Source: Malacoraja senta (Eukaryota). Taken from it: DNA of 64,000 nt. Of the stretch, positions 47,934 to 61,394 are shown one piece after another; position 1 is the stretch's first letter; every line of letters starts with the position of its first letter. The notes beneath the pieces are model-generated. The model ran no database searches, was not told the DNA's origin, and saw only the letters and a list, made by a program, of their open reading frames with translations. The stretch lies in assembly GCA_038087875.1 (NCBI GenBank), contig CM075989.1, forward strand, positions 21,020,001 to 21,084,000, in the 5' to 3' direction. Position numbers and translations under genes: made by a program.

Positions 47934-48240
47934 GGGCAGCACGGAGGCTCAGCAGAAGAGTTGCTGCCTTACAGCACCAGCGACCCGGGTTCGATCCTGA
48001 CTAGGGGTGCTGTCCGTATGGAGTTTGTACGTTCTAACCCTGTGACCACGTGGGTTTTCTCCAGGTGCTCTGGTTTCCTTCCACACTCCAAAGACGTGTA
48101 GGTTTGTAGGTTAATTCGGTAAGTTATAAAATTATCTCAAGTAATGTGTAGGTTAAAGTATGGTGTGATTGCTGGTCAATGCGGACTAAGATGGGCCGAA
48201 GGGCCTGCTTCTGCGCTGTATTGCTAAAGTCAAAAGTCTA
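47934..48240 (+). mobile_element. V-SINE, full length
   Basis: Family consensus match. Confidence 0.88.
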
Positions 48241-48269
48241 ATACCTGTATTCTTAAAACATATGAGGGG

Positions 48270-48635
48270 AATATATCATGAGATGAATAGATCGGGTAGA
48301 TGCACAGAACCTCTTGCCCAGTGTAGGAGACTCATGGACCAGAGGACATAGGTTGAAGATGAAGGGGAAAAGATTTACTAGGAATCCGAGGGGTGAGTTT
48401 TTCTCGCAAAGAGTGGTGGGTGTATGGAACAAGCTGCCGGAGGAGGCAGTTGAGGCTGGGACTATCCCAACGTTTAAGAAACAGTTAGACAGGTACATGG
48501 ATAGGACAAGTTCGGAGGGATATGGACCAAGCGCAGGCAGGTGGGACTAGTGTAGCTGGGACATGTTGGCCGGCGGTGGGCAAGTTGGGCTGAAGGGCCT
48601 GTTGCAACATCACTCAATGACTCTTTGACTCTCTA
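48270..48635 (+). mobile_element. CR1 3' fragment, second subfamily
   Basis: TRGHRLKMKGKRFTRNPRGEFFSQRVVGVWNKLPEE...GRWD*. Confidence 0.9.
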
Positions 48636-49316
48636 TCAATGGAATGACAACTTGTGCTCTTACAAGGGACATACAGCAGATGGCAGTAAAGTCACATGCT
48701 TGATTGCCACTGATGAAGTTGACTCAGATGAACAAGATGTAGAAATCTGTCAAAAACTAAATCCATACAATTTCTCACTTAGTGAATATTGTACCCCTTT
48801 TGACCTATAAATTTTAAAGAAAAAAAAATGATGTAATAAAAAAAAAATTCAATTGGTGCTATTTAATTTTCTTCAAGAGAAATGCTTACCTTTTGAAATC
48901 TCGGGATGTATTTGAACTACAGTGATCTCTAGTCAGTCAACAAATAACATTTTAAGACTTTTATCCTCTGGTGGTATTTCTGTATTCTGTCTATGATTTA
49001 TTTCTCTATGCGGCCAGTCTGAGTTATCTCTCTGGTTTTCTGCTCTGGCTGGGTACCAGAAGCGGTGGTTGAGGTATGTGAGCGATTAGTTGGTGGGCAA
49101 AGAGCCAGCGACCACCTTGCAAACACCAGCAACTTGTGGTTTTATTTTGCCACGGCCTCTGCTGCCAACTTTCTGCCAGGGGGTTCTTGCACAAGAGTTG
49201 TGGACCACACTCCTGCAAAACCACAGAGCTCTGTGGGCGAAAGGTTAATATCAGTGAAGGAACAATTGCCCAAAAGAACAGGGCAAATTTGCTTTTCAGG
49301 TATTTTCTCGCTTCCG

Positions 49317-49864
49317 GTTTAGTTTAGTTAAAGTTTTTAGAGCTATAGTGCGGAAACCGGCCCTTTGGCCCACCGGGTCCATGCCGACCAGCGATCCCCG
49401 CACACTGACTTTACCCTACACACTCTAGGGACAATTTACAACTTTACTGAAGCCAATTAACCAACAAACTGTATTGCTGATTTGATCCGTGTCTGGTTTT
49501 GCTGCTGATGATCAATAATCCATGTCAGGTTTTCCACACCACCACCTTGTGGCATATGGGCAGCCATGATGCTTTTTAGTTTAACTTACGATTCAGAGCC
49601 TACAGTACTCTTTACGATGGTCTCTGTATGTATTCAAATTAAAGTACTTGTTATGATATATTATGACTCTGTGTCATAAGTCCTTTGCACACAAACCTGC
49701 TCGTCTTTGGAGTCTCGGAGGAAACTGGAGCTCCTGGAGAAAACGCACGTAGGTCACAGGGAGAACGTACGAACTCCATACAGACAGCACCCGTAGTCAG
49801 GATCGAACCCAGATCTTTGGCGCTGTAAGGCAGCAGCTCTACCGCTGTGCCACCATGCCGCCCT
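49317..49864 (-). mobile_element. V-SINE split by ~220 bp of unassigned sequence
   Basis: Tail half at 49317-49470, head half at 49690-49864. Confidence 0.75.
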
Positions 49865-50454
49865 TTACCCCCCTCCTAAAATCAGTTTGAAGAAGGGTCC
49901 CGACTGGAAACGTCACCTCTCCATTTTCTCCAGAGATGTGTGGGCATGAGCAAGTTGGGCCGAAGGGCCTGTTTCAATGCTGTATGATTTGATGACTATG
50001 CTGCCTGACCCGCTGACTTACGCATAGAGTCATACAGCGTGGAAACAGGCCCTTTGGCCCAACTTGCCCACACCGACCAACATGTCCCATCTACACTAGA
50101 CCCACTTGCCAGTGTTTGGCCCACATTCCTCCAAACCGGTCCTATCCATGTAACATGTCTAATTGTTTCTTAAATGTTGCTCCAGCACCTTGTGTCTATC
50201 TTTGGTATAAACCAACATCTGCCATTCATTTTTATTATATTAATTACAATTATTACAATTTGCCTTTTTATTACTTTCCACTGCAGATTAAGCAGCGAGC
50301 TTGAACAAATGCATCGCACCAGGTGTGAAGTGTTGTCTCAAGTTCAGCTACATGTAATTTTGAGGGAAGAGACAGGCCTTGGAATCTTGTAGAGTTTAAT
50401 CCCACCGAGTCAGTTAGACTTATGGAGCACTACAGAACAGGCCCTTCGGCCCAA

Positions 50455-51090
50455 GAAAAGACACAAAGTGCCGGAGTAACTCAGCGGGTCAGGCAGCATC
50501 TCTGGAGGGAATAAGTAAGTAAGTTTATTGGCCAAATATTCACATACAAGGAATTTGCCTTGGTGCTCCGCCCACAAGTAACAACATGACATACAGTGAC
50601 AGTTACGAATGACTCAGAAAACACTAAACATTAATAATAATAAAACATTAATGATAAAACACCATTGGTCAAGCATGTGAACCAACAAAATACCAGATCA
50701 AATGGTATCACGGCTGCCCAGATCAATGGGTAAGACGTTTCAGGTCAGGACCCTTCTTCAGGCTGTAATGGGGGTGGGGGGGTGGGGGGGGGGTAGAATG
50801 CTGGAAGAGAGGTGTGGTGGGACTTAGGTGGGTGAGTGATAGGTGGATACAGGTGAGGGGGATGTATGATGGGCTGATCGTTGGATAAATGCCAGTGATG
50901 GAAAGACAGAAGGTGTGAGATAATAGAGAGATAAGGCACAACATGTGAAGCTGGAGGAAAGGATATAGGTAGAAGGGGAAACATGAGGTGGGATAAATGG
51001 GGACAAGGGTGGACAGCCACGGGGCGAGAGGGAAGGGAGGGGGGGGGGTGTTGTAGCTTAGTTATCTAAAATTGAAGAATTGAATGTCCT
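50455..51090 (-). mobile_element. Old Penelope-like 3' region interrupted by a LINE tail (50512-50722)
   Basis: Core gacgtttcaggtcaggacccttcttcag at 50734-50761; ORF end DIQFFNFR* near 51062-51088. The insert is homologous to 54320-54455. Confidence 0.65.
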
Positions 51091-51509
51091 TTGGTCCACT
51101 TAGTTCACACTGACTAAGTCAGCATATAGGGCTAGCCCCATTTGGCTGCATTTGGTCCATAGCCCTCCAGGCCTCTCCTAGCTATATATCTCTTTCCAAA
51201 TAGTTCTGCTTCAGTTCTATTTGAACAATGCAGAGTGTGTGTGTATTCAGAAAATTCCAATGCACTTTTCCAACTTGGTTGGAATATGTGTTTCCTCGAA
51301 TCACATGCCAGGCTTTGTCCTGCCTCTACCTCTCTTTTCCAGCTTTCTCCCTCCCCCGCCCCATGCAGTCAGTCTGAAGGAGAGTCCCGGCCCGAAACAT
51401 CACCTGTCCATTCCCTCCACAGATGCTGTGTGACCCCTTGAGTTGCTCCAGCATTTTGTGTTTTCTCAAGATTCCAGCATCTGCAATTCATTGTGTCTCG
51501 ATCTCGATT

Positions 51510-53135
51510 AATTGATTGAAAGTAGAGCATGGAAACAGACCCATTGTCCCACTAATCACGCGCTCACACTAGTTCTACATTATCCTACTTTCCCATCCAC
51601 TCCCTACACACTAAGGACAATTTACAGCAGTCAATTGACCTAGGAACACGTACGTCTCTGGGATGTGGGAAAAAGTCGGAGCGCCTGGAGAAAACTTGCG
51701 CGGTCACTGCGAGAACATGCAAACTCCACACAGACTGCGCGCGAGGTTTGGATCAAACCCGGGTCTCTGGCGCTGCGAGGCAGCAGCTTTGCCAGGTGTG
51801 CCACGGTGCTGCCCACTTTATTCATTAACTCGCTCCGTGCTAGGTCCTTCCTTATGAAGCAGAAAATTAGGGATGAGATCCTGCACATCATCTGGGATAA
51901 TGCTTCAGTGCAGCATTGGTCCAGTGTTGGAATTGTGAATCCCGCTTGTTGCTGGCAGAGTAGAGAAAGCGTGGTGGTGGGCAACGAAGCACCCTTTTAG
52001 ACTTTAGACCTTGGAGATGTGGAAACAGGCCCTTCAGCCCACCGAGTCCACGTCGTCCAGCAATCACCCTGTACACTAACACTATCCTACACACACTAAG
52101 GACAATTACAGCACCAGAGACTCGGGTTTGATCGTGACTACGGGCGCTGTCTGTACGGAGTTTGTACGTTCTCCCCGTGACCTGCGCGGGTTTTCTCCGG
52201 GTGCTCCGGTTTTCTCCCATACTCCAAAGACGTGCAGGTTTGTAGGTTAATTGGCCTCCGACAATTGTCCCTGGTGTGTTGGGAATGTACGAGAAAGTGG
52301 GATTACATTGAGGGTGATCAATGGTCGGCATAGACTTGTTGGGCCAAGCACTTTAACATTATCCTACACACACTCGGGACAACTTATACCTATACCCGGC
52401 CAATTAACCTACAAACCTTTACGTCTTCGGAGAGTGGGAGGAAACCGGAGCACCCGGAGAAAACCCACGCAGGTCAGGGGGAAAATGTACAAACTCCGTA
52501 CAGACAAGCACCCGTAGTCAGGATCGAACCCGTGTCTCTGGCGCTGTAAGGCAGCTACTCTAGGATGGATGATGTTTTGGAATGGGACTAATTGTAGATG
52601 AGGAGACAACGCTGTAAGAGAGGTGGAGTCAGGACAAAGCCTGGCAACAACTCTTGGAAAGTTAAGCTTCCTGGATTTTCATCGTCAAAGGTTTATGGGA
52701 ATGCTGGCTCCTAACTGTAAACAAGTTGACCACAACCCACTTCACACAACAAACAGATTCACTGCACAAATGTTATTGGCACTTTGCCCACCTGAAAATG
52801 CCTCTAACACAATGTTATTTAAATTAAGATGCAAATAATGTCATTGCAATGCCAGAGTACTTATTGTGGAAAGCCACAAAGTGCTGGAGTAACTCAGCGG
52901 GTCAGGCAGCATCTGTACGGAGTTTGTGCGTTCTCCCCGTAACCGCATAGACCTTCGGTTTGCTCCCACACTCCAAAGACGTCCAGGTTTGTAGGTTAAT
53001 TGGCTTGGTATAAGTGTAATTGTCCCTAGTGTGTGTAAGATAGTGTGGCGGGGATCCAGTGCAGACTCGGTGGGCCGAAGGGCCTGTTTCCGTGCTGTAT
53101 AACTAAACCAAAAACTAAACCAAAAATTAAAACTA
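51510..53135. mobile_element. Cluster of five V-SINE copies or pieces in mixed orientation
   Basis: 51510-51815 (-), 51995-52108 (-), 52108-52345 (+), 52350-52560 (-), 52912-53135 (+). Confidence 0.85.
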
Positions 53136-53589
53136 AAAAGTCTTTCTAATTGACCAGCGGAGGTGCTGACTGCCAAATGGCTGATATGAAGGAGTGACTC
53201 TGGTCAGAAGAGGAGTTGGATTGGAAGGAACCCTGGTAGCAAAAGCTGTACTGATCAGCTCAGTATCTGCTTTACACCCTGCATCATTAATTAATTGATT
53301 ATAATAGTTAATTAATTGTAACAGCTTGGCACTGTGTTAAAGAAAAGTGCTTTGTTACTTCTATTAAGTCTAAGTCTTTATGTTTTTATTTTGTTGAGAC
53401 CAATAGCTACATTATGGACTATTGCATTTGTGTCTACATGTGCAGGTAAGATTCTGCTTACAGCCTTTAAGAGATAGATCATTTGTCGCAAAGAGCTTTT
53501 AATGATCTTTTATTCAGTGGAGAGCAGACTGAAGCTACCTCCTGAAAGCTGGTCATGGAAAAGAAGGGGTTATTTGAAGGTTAGACGTG

Positions 53590-53795
53590 TGTGGGAAGGA
53601 ACTGCAGATTCTGGTTTATGCCGAAGAGAGAAGCAAATTGCTGGAGTAACTCAGCGGGTCAGGCAGCATCCATGGATAGAGTGAATGGGTAACGTTTCGG
53701 GTCGAGACCCTCCTTCAGACTGAGAGGCAGGGGAGAGAGAAAGGAGAGATATGGAAGGGTAAGGTGTGAAAATGAGAGATCAAAGGGGACGAAGT
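53590..53795 (-). mobile_element. PLE terminal repeat plus spacer
   Basis: Matches 20232-20400. Confidence 0.75.
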
Positions 53796-53799
53796 TTAA

Positions 53800-54290
53800 G
53801 ATTATTTTTAGAAGAGGCTGGGATCACTTGAATCCTTTGAAGAAGGTAGGGACCGTAGGAACACCAGAGGGAAATTAGGAGGGCAAAATGGGGATCAGAG
53901 ATAGGTCTGGCAGAGAAGGTAAAGAAGAATCTAAAGAGACTCTACAAATATATTAAGGGGTAAAGGGTCACCAGGGAGAGAATAGGGCCCAAGAAGATCA
54001 GCAATGTTGTCTATCTGTAGAGCCACTGGAGGTGGGTGTAGTGTGAATGATAGTTACCACGAGAAGGACATAGATGGTAGAGAACTTGGGGAAATTAATA
54101 GTGATGCCTTAAAGTGAGTCCAAAATACAGAAGAGATGTTGGAAAATTTGCAATGCATTAAACTAGATAAATCCCAGGAACTTGATCAAATGTATCCTAG
54201 GACATTGTGGGAGGAATTTGTGGGTGTCTTTATGGAGATACTAGTATCATCGATAGCCATGGGTGAGGTGTTGGTGGACTGGAGACTGAG
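53800..54290 (+). mobile_element. Degenerate CR1 ORF2 internal fragment upstream of RT
   Basis: LAEKVKKNLKRLYKYIKG*RVTRERIGP...DKSQELDQMYPRTLWE. Confidence 0.7.
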
Positions 54291-54864
54291 TATTGAGTTA
54301 CAATGAAAATGCACTCTTGAATGAATGAATGAATGAATAAGTTTATTGGCCAAGTATTCACATACAAGGAATTTGCCTCGGTGCTCCGCCCGCAAGTGAG
54401 AACATGACATACAGTGACAGTCAAGAATGACACATAAAGCATAAAACATTAATCATTAAGTATCAAGATTTAGCAAGTAATGCAGTTCCACAATTCTTTA
54501 TTGCAGAGACTTTCACTCCTCCATTTACCTTCAAATGCTAATGCTCACCGATTGATGTTCACATTGGTTTTGCTCTATTTGATGATCTTTATAAAATTAT
54601 AGTTATAGAAGTAAAACTTAAACCTTAAACTGAAGAGGGACTGCTTGCAATTGGGTTCTCTTGCAGCTAACAACCTTTGTAACATTTTAACAAATGTCCC
54701 TAACAATGCGACTCCGCAGTGTCTTTGTTGGTTCTCCTAGTCCTCAGTGCAAATCTTGGTTTGGTCTCTTGGTATTTTGGCATTCCCAAATAATCCGCAG
54801 TGTGCCTCTATTGTGGGTCATCTCTGCTGGAGTGGCTTTACGATTGTTATGTGTACTGAGATAC

Positions 54865-55268
54865 TGGGCCGGAGGTGGAGCCCCGCGAGTCGACAGAGCC
54901 TGTGGCCAATGGCCTCTGGGTATGCGGAGGCCACGGCTGGGGCCAGCGTCGGCGCCACGGGGTTGTCCGGAGAGGACCCGGCGGCGTTAGTGCAGAGGTC
55001 GGTGCGGCGGTCGTTCATGGCGCCGACAGACGGACCACGTGGAAGTGAGGACACCTCTGCCGGGGGAAGGAACAAAGAGAGGACCCAGCGTGGTGGGACC
55101 GCCATGAGGGAGGGGGGAAGAACAAAGGGGGACCTGGCGCAGGGGGTACTTTGTACTTTGTAACTTGTCGGCCCCCTTTATGGGCGACTATTTGCACACC
55201 TTGGGCATGCAAGCAAAGAATTTCACTGTGAATTGTCACGTGACAATAAATTATTCAATTCAATTGAA
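54865..55268 (+). mobile_element. GC/CpG-rich non-autonomous retroposon with Rex/Babar-like tail
   Basis: Ends aagaatttcactgtg...gtgacaataaa(ttcaa)n, like other Rex-type tails in the window. Confidence 0.5.
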
Positions 55269-55399
55269 TACCCATGAAATTCTGGAATCCTTTACCCAAG
55301 ATGGACGGTGGGAGCTTACTCATTGCGCATGTTCAAGGCAGAGATGAATAGCCTCTCACCTACTGAGGGCATCGATGGCTGCAGGGTTAGTGTTGGAAA

Positions 55400-55728
55400 G
55401 GGGCAGCACAGTGGTGCATCGGTAGAGTTGCTGCCGTACAGCACCAGAGATTTGGGTTCGATCCTGACTACGGGTGCTGCCTATATGGAATTTGTACGTT
55501 CTCCCTGTGACTGCATGGGTTTTCTCCAGGTGCTCCGGCTTCCCCCCACAATCCAACGGCCTTCAGGTTTGTAGGTTAATTGGCTTTGGTAAAAATTGTA
55601 AATTGTCCCTAGTGTTAGGAAAAATTGTAAATTGTCCCTAGTGTTATTGTGTGGGGATCACTCTTCGGCGTGGACATGGTGGGCCAAAGGGCTTGTTTCC
55701 ACGCTGTATATCTCAACTAGACTAAGTC
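55400..55728 (+). mobile_element. V-SINE with internal ~27-bp duplication
   Basis: aaaaattgtaaattgtccctagtgtta occurs twice (55591-55646). Confidence 0.88.
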
Positions 55729-56446
55729 TATATTGGAGGCACTGATTAGTAAGAGTTCTAGTGCCAAACTCATTAAATATGGTGAATGTGTAATGCCCAC
55801 AATGTTTATCAGTGGGCCAGTAATCTCGGAGAATGATGGATGAGGTATTTCATAACTGCAGCTAGTGAGAAAGCAAACTTGCAGACATCTGATTGACCTG
55901 GAGATCGATGCAATGATGTGTTTGTGGAATGATTGAAGTTAGCAGCCAGTTAAGGAAGTTAATGCGAAGATAAACACAAAATGCTGGAGTAACTCAGCAG
56001 GACAGGCAGCATCTCTGGAGAGAAGGAATGGGTGATGTTTCGGGTCGAGACCCTTCTTCAGAAGGCAATCCCTAACATCTATCTTGTGTTAAAGGAGCCA
56101 TATAAGAACTTTGAGAGCCACAATTGTCCACCGTTGATGCAGACACTTTGAGAAATTTCTACAATTATGAGAGGAATTGAGCTCATGTGAAAGAGAAAAA
56201 AGAAGAAAGAGCAATGAGTATAATAATATAGTTTATTTAATAGTTCTCAGCATTGTAGTGCACCAGTTCCATAGATGCAATGGTGAATAGGTGAATCGGA
56301 CAGTACCCTAGCTTATAGAAGGACCATTCAGAAGCCTGTTAACAGGAGGGAAGAAACTGAACTGTCTGATGGTTCACATTTTCAAGTTTCTGTATCTTCT
56401 ACCAGATGGGAGCGGGGAGAAGAAGGAATGACTAGGTGTGACAAGT

Positions 56447-56752
56447 CTTTAGACTTTAGAGATACAGAATGGAAACAGGCCCTTCGGCCCACCTAGTCTG
56501 CACCAACCAGTGATCATGCGTGCAGTAGCACTAGCCCACACACTAGGAACATTTACAGAAGCCAATTAACCTACCAACCTATGTGGTATGTGTCTGTGGA
56601 GTGTGGGAGGAAACCGGAGCACATGGAGAAAACCCACGCTGTCACGGGGAGAACGTACAAACTCCGTACAGACAGCACCCGTAGTCAGGATTGAACCGGG
56701 GTCTCTGGCGCTGTAAGGCAGCAACTCTACCACTGCGCCACCGTGCCACCCC
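56447..56752 (-). mobile_element. V-SINE inserted into a Rex/Babar remnant
   Basis: caagtcttt on both sides (~56442-56450, 56764-56772). Confidence 0.88.
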
Positions 56753-57132
56753 TTAAACTGTCGCAAGTCTTTGATTATGTTTGTTAGCTTTTCCGAGGCT
56801 GTGTTGAGTATAGTTGTGGGATAGAGAGTCCGTCAGCATCTCTCGAAGGATCACAAACTCTTCAGCCATAACTCTGTGCCAGACAGGAGTGCCCTTGACT
56901 CCAGCCCATAACGAGCCATCCTCTTTAGCCTGACTATCACTCGAAGCAATTCAAGTTTACGGAATGGTGAGAGATTCCTTTCATGACAGTAAGGAAGATG
57001 CCCTGCTAATCTTGTTCCCTCTCTGTTACCCAGGTCAAGGACTGCTCAGCTGTGTTGACATGAACTACTGTGGTTGGGATGCCTGCAAGGAGATAGGGAA
57101 ACTGTCTCTGGCACCAAAAAAACTTCTGCAGG

Positions 57133-57420
57133 GTTTAGTTTAGTTTAGAGATACAGCACGGGAACAGGCTCCTCGGCCCACCGACTAGTGATCCCTACAC
57201 ACTAACTCTACCCTACACACACTAGGGACAATTTACAGTTTTACCAAGCCAATTACCCTACAACCTGTATGTCTTTGGATTGTGGGAGGAAACCAGAGAT
57301 CCCTGAGAAAACCCACGCAGGTCACGGGGAGAACGTACATACTCCGTACAGACAGCACCCGTAGTCAGGATGGAACCCGGGTCTCTGGCGCTGGAAGGCA
57401 GCAACTCTACAGCTGTGCCA
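57133..57420 (-). mobile_element. V-SINE
   Basis: Family consensus match. Confidence 0.88.
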
Positions 57421-58761
57421 GTTATTAAATCCTTGAGATACCAGGGTTGGCTTCTTTGCCAGAGGTGATTACTGTGTAACTGAAACACCGTAGAGTATTT
57501 AATTGTCCATAAAAGTGTAAAAGCCTCTTGGATTTTATTAAGCAACGAATTGTAAAAATAACCAATTTGCTTTGAGAAGGGCTCTCAGTGTCATAGAAAC
57601 AAAGCAAGGATTAAAGGTAACAACTGTTTTTGAGCAGAACTTGTTCTTATCACATTTGACCTTGAGTGGAGTAGCCATGTGGTGTTCCAACCATCAACAT
57701 GGGTGCGGGAAATGACAGAAGATGCATCACTCTGCACTAAATATTGTGATAACTAGGGGCGGCTAAGGTCAAATCTATATTGTCATATAAAAGCATGTGG
57801 GGGGACTAATTTATATCTGAATCCATCCTTTGATTAAAGGTCACGCGCGTACAATTGGTCATAGAATTTACAAAAACATGGAACCGGTGTTAGTGTTAAT
57901 CATTTAATCAGCCAGAGAAATAAAGAAAGTAAGCGGGTTTCCATAACAACCAGAGTACAACAGTATGTACAACGATGAGATCAAATTGATGCCACAAATC
58001 TGCAAATAAGATTCACAAGATGTTTGTGACTCTATTGCCCACAATTGTAATGTTGGATATGAATGACAGCAGTGTATAATTTAAAATTATGAGTGTTTGA
58101 TAGTTTCTTTCATTTAGCTGGTATGAAGTCCTAGTGCGGAGGAAGCTTAATACTTCTTCCAAATTTGATTTGATTACCGTACCTTAAATTAAACGTTTTT
58201 TTCACTTCATTCCATGTTCTAGCCGAATGCGTTTTGTATTGAAACTCACCCAGGTCAGTACACGTTGACAAACCTGACACTTAAGTAATGTTGTAATGAA
58301 GCCTACCTGTAAAAAAGTAAATACTGTTAACCATATTTCCCACGAGGGGCCCGAGTATTTCAACTCCTTGCCTTGTCACTAAGGTACGATTCCAGGAACC
58401 CTGCTCATGGAAGTCTAATGCTCCTGCTTTTTTTTTCTCCTATCGATAGCTTCAGAAAATGTTGTACATCACCTGAATTTTCATTCCTTATAATAGTTTT
58501 ATTCAACTTCTTTGCGTTATTATTCATTCCCGGCAAATGCTTTGATTGCTGTTTCGTGTAGTGCAGATACAGCATGGAAACAGGCCCCACAGTCCACTGA
58601 GTCCACACTGACCATTGTTCACACTAATTCCCTGTTATCCCACATTCTCATCCATTCCCAACACGCTAGGGGTGATTTACAGAGGTGGGTTCAGCTTCAA
58701 GCCCCGCACGTCTTTGGGATGCGAGAGGAAACCAGAATGACTGGAGGTAACCCACGCGGTC

Positions 58762-59086
58762 ACAAAACGCTGGAGTAACTCAGCGGGACAGGCAGCATCT
58801 CTGGAGAGAAGGAACGGGTGACGTTTCGGGTTGACACCCTTCTTCAGACTGACGCCAAGGGGGAGGGAGATAGATAGATAGATAAGGAAGTGTAAGGTGT
58901 GAAAACAGGGCAAAGGGAATGGAGATCAAGGAAAATGTAGATTAGATCATTGTTAGCTGGAAGAAGGTAACAACAAAGCAAACAGAGATGAAATGTAGTT
59001 GGAGACAGTAAGGCAGGTCAGAGAACTGGGAAGGGGGAAGAATGGAGAGAGAGGGAAAGCAAGGATTACTTGAAGTTAGAGAAGTC
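58762..59086 (-). mobile_element. Penelope-like 3' region inserted in a V-SINE (58560-59725)
   Basis: DFSNFK* ORF end at ~59086-59066, spacer, core at 58820-58847; SINE resumes at 59087. Confidence 0.8.
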
Positions 59087-59132
59087 GCAGGGGGGGGAAC
59101 GTGCAAATTCCACACAGACAGCTCCCGTGGTG

Positions 59133-59613
59133 TAATAGCAAAAAAATTAATATTGAAATTTTGGAAAAATACACCAATACCAACGCTCAAAATGTGGATT
59201 GCAAGTATGTTGGATACCGCACATCTTGAGGAAATGCGATTCCTCCTAATAGATAAATTTGACCAATTCATAACGAGTTGGTCTCCATTTGTCGTCTTTT
59301 TGGAAACGTATGGTGCAAAACAGGTGTAAAAGCTAATCCGTGACTGCGGATGGTCAAGATTATAAATGATCTCCTTCTATTTTCTTTTCTTCTCTTCTTT
59401 TCTTTTATTCTCTTTCTTCTATTTTCTATGTCTCAACTTTCTTTTTTCATTCTTTATTTTTCTTTTTCACACACTATATATCTCACATTTTTCTATTTTT
59501 CATTATCTAACTTTTTTCTTTTTCTTCTTTATTTCAAATTTAAAAAAAAAATAAGAAGCTGTACATAAAAGGTATTATGAAAATATGATTGTATACAATT
59601 GTACTTACTTCTA

Positions 59614-59652
<39 letters not shown>
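59133..59652 (+). mobile_element. 5'-truncated L1-clade LINE with long poly(A) and 16-bp TSD
   Basis: IAKKLILKFWKNTPIPTLKMWIASMLDTAHLEEMRF...SWSPFV; AATAAA plus pure A run to 59652; gacagctcccgtggtg at 59117-59132 and 59653-59668. Confidence 0.9.
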
Positions 59653-59654
<2 letters not shown>

Positions 59655-59877
59655 CAGCTCCCGTGGTGGGGATCGAACCTGAGTCTCGGTTGTGGTGAGG
59701 CACCAACTGCACAACAATGCTGCCCTTCGTTCTGTCAGATCCCCCCAATAATCATTCCTGTTCTCCTCCTATTTTCTGCCTTTAAAACCTAAATGACGGT
59801 GTGAGCTAAGCATGGGATGTCGTATTTTCTTTCCTTACACTCTTCCCTTGCTAGTTTAGTCAGTATCTCCCTCATTG

Positions 59878-60195
59878 TTTAGTTTAGAGATGGATACAGT
59901 GCGGAAACAGGTCCTTCGGCCCACCGGGTCCGCGCCGACCAGCGATCACCTACATATTAACACCATCCGACACCCACTAGGGACAATTTTTACATTTAAC
60001 AAGCCAATTAACCTACAAACCTGTACGTCTTTGGGGTGTGGGAGGAAACCGAAGATCTTGGAGAAAACCCACGCAGGTCACGGGGAGAACGTACAAACTC
60101 CGTACAGACAGCACCCGTAGTCGGGATCGAACCCGGGTCTCCGGCGCTGCAAGCGCTGTAAGGCAGCAACTCTACTGCTGCGCCACCGTGCCGCC
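59878..60195 (-). mobile_element. V-SINE, full length
   Basis: Family consensus match. Confidence 0.92.
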
Positions 60196-60462
60196 TTCTC
60201 CTTGTCTCCTTACTATTTGACGCCGCTCATTGGGAGTTATGGTGCATCTTGTTTGTGAGAGGGTTACGCATTGAACAAAGCAGCTTCTCCTGATTAGGGT
60301 GAAGTGTTTAGGAGAGGTTGAGAGATGCAAAAAACAAACCTCAGCTGTTTGTTTTTCATTCCATTAACCTTCTGCAGACTTGCTGCCAACATTTCCATTT
60401 GCACAGTATTTTTTCACACCTTTCAAAATGTTGTTGTAAATTGCTAGATGCACTCATCAGCA

Positions 60463-61110
60463 GGTGTACAGCAGGTAGAGCCACTGCCTCGCAGCGCCAG
60501 AGACCCGGGTTCGATCCTGACCTCGGGTGGTGTCTGTGTGGAATTTGCACGTTCTCCCTGTGACCGCGTGTGTCTCCTCCATGTTTTGTTTTGTTTTGTT
60601 TAGTTTAGAGATGCAGCCTGGAAACAGGGCCTTCGGCCCACTGAGTCCGCGCCGACCAGCGATCCCCGCACGTTAACACTACCCTACACACACCAGGGAC
60701 AATTTTTACATTTATACCAAGCCAATTAACCTACAAACCTGTACGTCTTTATGAGTGTGGGAGGAAACCGAAGATCTCGGAGAAAACCCACGCAGGTCGC
60801 GAGGAGAACGTACAGACTCCGTACAGATAACACCCGTAGTCAGGATTGAACCCGGGTCCACGGTGCTGCAAGCGCTGTAAGGCAGCAACTCTACCGCTGC
60901 GCCACCGTGCCTGGGCTCCGATTTTCTCCCACATCCCAAAGATGTACTGGTTTGTGGATTAATTGGCCTCTGTGAAATTGCCCCTAGTGTGTGGGGAGTG
61001 GATGGAAAAAAAAAAGAGATAACATAGAGGGAGTGTGAACGGATAATCGATGGGCAGAATGGACTATTTTGACTGGCGGGCCTGACTCCATGCTGCATCT
61101 CCAAAACTAA
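60463..61110. mobile_element. V-SINE (+) interrupted by a younger V-SINE (-, 60583-60910)
   Basis: Outer V-domain breaks at 60581 and resumes at ~60912. Confidence 0.85.
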
Positions 61111-61394
61111 CAGCTAGTTATTTACTGTGACTGTTGCATGGATCCAGAGGCCCATTGATGGTTTTGGACTGATCCTCTCATTATTATCACCCTGTGCACA
61201 ATCCACAGTTCAATTGCCTTCAAACTAGATGCCTTCTGGATTGAAACCACAATGCCATTATTGGCAATACTCTTTCCAACGTTATCTCTACAATGCACGA
61301 GAGGTTGAGAAACCTATTTCCTGCTTGCACAGGGCAAGGTAGACTTGGCCTTGGGTTCAGCAATGGGCTATGAGAGGATAAGTTATGAGAGGAA

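Noticed and set aside
54694..55239. GC-rich ORFs or a CpG-island promoter
   Set aside because: The GC-rich part ends in a retroposon-type tail, so a repeat explains it better.
59350..59568. Hydrophobic Phe/Leu-rich membrane protein ORFs
   Set aside because: Translation of the T-rich L1 3' UTR.
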